NCBI GenBank assembly: GCA_031425655.1
Contig: JANPJS010000196.1
Location: 1 to 36,883, forward strand
Length of the DNA stretch: 36,883 bases
Reading direction: 5' to 3'
Source: Abditibacteriaceae bacterium
Lineage (GTDB): Bacteria; Armatimonadota; Abditibacteriia; Abditibacteriales; Abditibacteriaceae
The notes under the pieces were generated by a model that saw nothing but the letters and a program-made list of their open reading frames with translations, ran no database searches and had not been told where the DNA came from. The position numbers and the translations under genes were made by a program. Positions within the stretch are counted from its first letter, which is position 1; every line of letters begins with the position of its first letter. Shown here piece after piece: positions 34,002-36,883 of the stretch.

Positions 34002-36641
34002 CTACCGAGCGATCATCGCGCCGCTATCGCCGGAAAGCGTGGCGCCTCCGGCTGACTTGAGACCTTGCCACGAGACCGTTACCTTATCGCCGCTTCGCAG
34101 CGTGCCTTCGGGCAGCAAAAGCGTGACGGTATTGTCGCCCAACAAACCGGTGCTGGAGATGCCCACCGCGCGCCCATTAACTTCCACACTAAAGCGGTCG
34201 AATTCGCTCACGCTTTGGGCATCGAGTGCGCCGTCGAAGGACAAGCGAATGAGATCGTTGGCCGCATCTACCGAAGCCGTAGACAAGTTGACCGTCGCAG
34301 GCGTCGAGACATAACTTCTTACGGGCGGAGCCGCGACTGAACCGGCTCCCCACGACGGCGTAGTGTCGTTGGCGCTGTTTACGGTCAGCATGGTCGTCAG
34401 CGTGGCCGGTTCTCCAGCTTTGCCGAGAGTGGCGATTTCGTTATCGCCGCCACCGCGTGTGGTGGTGAAAGCGATGCGGCTGCCATCGGTATTAAAACAC
34501 GGCGAGCTATCGGTGGCGCTGCTGGCGGTGATGCGCTTTTGGTTGGCGCCCGTGTTGTCCATCGTGAAAATCTCGTATTGTCCATTGAGGCGATTCGACT
34601 GAAACGCGATTTTGCTGCCGTCGAAGCTGAAATTCGGCTTGGAATCTATGCCGGCGCTCGTGGTCAGGCGCTTAAGTCCCGTTCCATCGGCGTTGACTTG
34701 ATAAATATCGTCGTTGCCGCCGCGATTCGAGTGAAACACGATGACTTTGCTGTCGGCGCTAAAGGTTGGATGGTCGTCCGCGCCTGCACTGTTGGTCAAG
34801 CGGAGCGCCGTCGTGCCGGTAACATTCGTCACATAGATTTCAGCGTCACCGTTGCGCGTTGAAACGAAAGCGATGCTGGCGCCATCCGGCGAAAGCTGCG
34901 GTTCGTAATCACTGGCGCTGTTCGTGGTCACACGCACGGCGTTTTGGCCGTTGGCATTCATACGATAAATCTCGCGGTTGCCGTTGCGGTTGGACGAAAA
35001 CACAATCGTGGATCCGTCGCGGGCCAGCGAAGGCATATCATCGGTCGCGGGATTGTTGGTTAACCGCGTCTGATTGGTGCCGTTGCCGTTCATAATATAA
35101 ATTTCGCTGTTGCCGTCGCGGTTCGACATGAAGGCCACTTTGCCGGCTCCGGCGGGAACCGGGGTCGGTGTCGGGCCAACCGTCGGGGTCGGGGTCGGGC
35201 CGGGCGTCGGGCCGGGCGTTGGAGTCGGGCCGGGCGTTGGGGTCGGGCCGGGCGTCGGCGTCGGGATTGTCGTGTTACTCAGTTCGACATCAAGCGAATA
35301 CATTTGCACGTTGTTAACCGCACCGCCGGTGACTCTCACGAAAAATGGGCCGGTGGTAGCCAAAGTGACGTTGGAAATAACCTCGTTTTGCCCGGCAGGA
35401 TTGACGTTGGCGCTGCCAAGCACCGTCGTGCCGTTGGTAGCAAGCAATTCCACTCCGAGGTCGTTAATCGTCCGAGTATCGAACGGAGTGCCCGCCGTGC
35501 AAGAACCGTCGTTATTTTGCGGGCCTTCCAGAAAAGTGGCGCCCGTGGGACGCAGAGTAATCGTGGCTCTATTGCCGGTGGTAGTCGCGTTAAAACGATA
35601 GACGTCCACATCGTTCGGGCCGTCAATGCTCAGCGAGTCCGTAGTGAGCCGGACAAGGCCCAGCGTGCCGAGATCGAACGCATTGGCCGGAGTATCGTTA
35701 TTACGAGCCGGCGTCTTTTCCAGAGCATCGCCATAACCGCGCTGCGCGCCCAGAATATCGTCCAACTGCGGGCCATCGAAGGCGACGGAAACAAACGGCT
35801 CCATCAGTTTGGTTTGATTAACGGGGCAAGTGTGATTCAAGGCCAAACCATGACCATGTTCGTGCGATAAGACGTTGCGCAGTCGCAGCGAGTTATTGGC
35901 CAAGTTACCGTAAAACGCGCCGTCGGCGGTGTCAATCACCATGTCGCCGGAATTCGGGAAAAAGTTATAGGCTAAGATACCGCTGGGGCCATCAATCAAG
36001 TGGCCGCTGATGCGCACATCGGCGCGCACGCCAACCACACCGGGAGTGTCAATAAAAGACGCACCATCGTCATTAGGCTCGAACACATATCTAATACCGG
36101 TAAGCGCGCTCCAACGGTCGAAAATCTGTTGAAACAGCGGCTGCCACACCGCTTGACTCCCATAAATCCCGTTCAAAAATGCTCTGAGATCGCTGGGCGC
36201 AGGGGCTTCTCCTGCCGAACCGGGAATGACAAGTCCATCACCCACGATACTCCACGTTAAGGTAATGGGCGTGCCTCTCGTGATGCCGCCTCCATCGGTG
36301 GCCGTCGTAGTCCAACCTGCGCCGAGCCGAAAATAAGCCAGATTACCGTCGGGGCCGTAAAGCCGATCCATGACTCCCGCCGCATAAGCCGGATTAGTGC
36401 CCGGCGCGAAACAAACATTAGGCAGCAGCGGTGTTTTATCTGCGCGCCCACTGGCTAATGGACGAAGAGAGCGATTGAGAGTGGACGGCACCGCCGTGGA
36501 TTGTGCCGGAGACACCGCTGGAGACACAGGCTGGGACACCGGCGGAGTGCCGCGCCCAATCAAACAGACGCCGGCGCCTAACGTCAACAAGCTGGCCGGC
36601 CACAACAAGCGGCGGCCCAATTTTGAAACAATAGTCCTCAT
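34002..36641 (-). CDS. Secreted matrixin-like metzincin protease with PPC-like domain, PT linker, TolB-like (PD40) beta-propeller and C-terminal Ig-like domain
   Basis: HEHGHGLALNH (HExxHxxGxxH variant) with Met-turn KLMEP; D-VDVYRF PPC-like; (PTPTPG)n; repeated FSxDGxxIxFxSNR. Confidence 0.88.
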   Translation of the reverse strand: MRTIVSKLGRRLLWPASLLTLGAGVCLIGRGTPPVSQPVSPAVSPAQSTAVPSTLNRSLRPLASGRADKTPLLPNVCFAPGTNPAYAAGVMDRLYGPDGNLAYFRLGAGWTTTATDGGGITRGTPITLTWSIVGDGLVIPGSAGEAPAPSDLRAFLNGIYGSQAVWQPLFQQIFDRWSALTGIRYVFEPNDDGASFIDTPGVVGVRADVRISGHLIDGPSGILAYNFFPNSGDMVIDTADGAFYGNLANNSLRLRNVLSHEHGHGLALNHTCPVNQTKLMEPFVSVAFDGPQLDDILGAQRGYGDALEKTPARNNDTPANAFDLGTLGLVRLTTDSLSIDGPNDVDVYRFNATTTGNRATITLRPTGATFLEGPQNNDGSCTAGTPFDTRTINDLGVELLATNGTTVLGSANVNPAGQNEVISNVTLATTGPFFVRVTGGAVNNVQMYSLDVELSNTTIPTPTPGPTPTPGPTPTPGPTPGPTPTPTVGPTPTPVPAGAGKVAFMSNRDGNSEIYIMNGNGTNQTRLTNNPATDDMPSLARDGSTIVFSSNRNGNREIYRMNANGQNAVRVTTNSASDYEPQLSPDGASIAFVSTRNGDAEIYVTNVTGTTALRLTNSAGADDHPTFSADSKVIVFHSNRGGNDDIYQVNADGTGLKRLTTSAGIDSKPNFSFDGSKIAFQSNRLNGQYEIFTMDNTGANQKRITASSATDSSPCFNTDGSRIAFTTTRGGGDNEIATLGKAGEPATLTTMLTVNSANDTTPSWGAGSVAAPPVRSYVSTPATVNLSTASVDAANDLIRLSFDGALDAQSVSEFDRFSVEVNGRAVGISSTGLLGDNTVTLLLPEGTLRSGDKVTVSWQGLKSAGGATLSGDSGAMIAR
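35157..35265 (-). repeat. Coding Pro-Thr tandem repeat linker
   Basis: PTPTPGPTPTPGPTPTPGPTPGPTPTPTVGPTPTPVP. Confidence 0.9.
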
Positions 36642-36750
36642 TAAGAAACTCCTCTGAAAAAGTCAGACTTATTTTGACCATTTTCGCGGCATTTCTACCG
36701 CTTCAGGTCTGCTGGTTATTCTGATGGCAAAACGCGCATAAGTCAGTAAA

Positions 36751-36857
36751 GCCCCCACCCTGCCTCCCCCGGAGGGGGAGGAGTTACGCTCGAAAAGGCC
36801 AAATGTGGCTTTCCAAGAGCGTAGTTCCCCTCCCTCCGGGAGGGGGGAGGGGAGGGC
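36751..36857. repeat. Second inverted doublet of the same REP-like repeat
   Basis: CCCCCACCCTGCCTCCCCCGGAGGGGGAGGAGTTACGCT ... AGCGTAGTTCCCCTCCCTCCGGGAGGGGGGAGGGGAGGGC, matching the units at 33724-33825. Confidence 0.78.
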
Positions 36858-36883
36858 AATTCTACCTATGCAAGCGGGCTAAT

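Noticed and set aside
35110..35601. + strand ORF with GVGVGP repeats
   Set aside because: Reverse-strand image of the Pro-Thr linker.

Overview
GC-rich bacterial chromosome window. The gene styles suggest Armatimonadota/Abditibacteriota, which is inference only. From left to right: (i) the end of an integron-type cassette region, with an IS701-like transposase start and IS end interrupting an AT-rich membrane-protein cassette, a clear attC site (630-713), a frameshifted second cassette gene and a degenerate second attC; (ii) a ~25.5 kb minus-strand cluster of mostly secreted enzymes (1553-26975) divergent from an AraC regulator: GH51, an Svx/AvrXca-like (DUF6055) metallopeptidase, a GH142/GH121-like enzyme with discoidin domains, GH127, DUF5695, sulfatases, an esterase, a metallophosphoesterase and several pseudogenes; (iii) island-edge remnants (YdjM fragment, serine recombinase C-terminal fragment) next to tRNA-His(GUG); (iv) core-like genes (S41 protease, M23/EnvC-like peptidase, FKBP lipoprotein, matrixin-TolB-like protein) with two MITEs, each carrying an inverted repeat doublet. 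The most notable signal is four HEXXH zinc-metallopeptidase domains in the arabinoside-enzyme cluster, two fused in frame to the C-termini of GH127 and DUF5695. This suggests a coupled deglycosylation and proteolysis system for arabinosylated hydroxyproline-rich glycoproteins (extensin-like). Family calls come from motif recognition; no searches were run.
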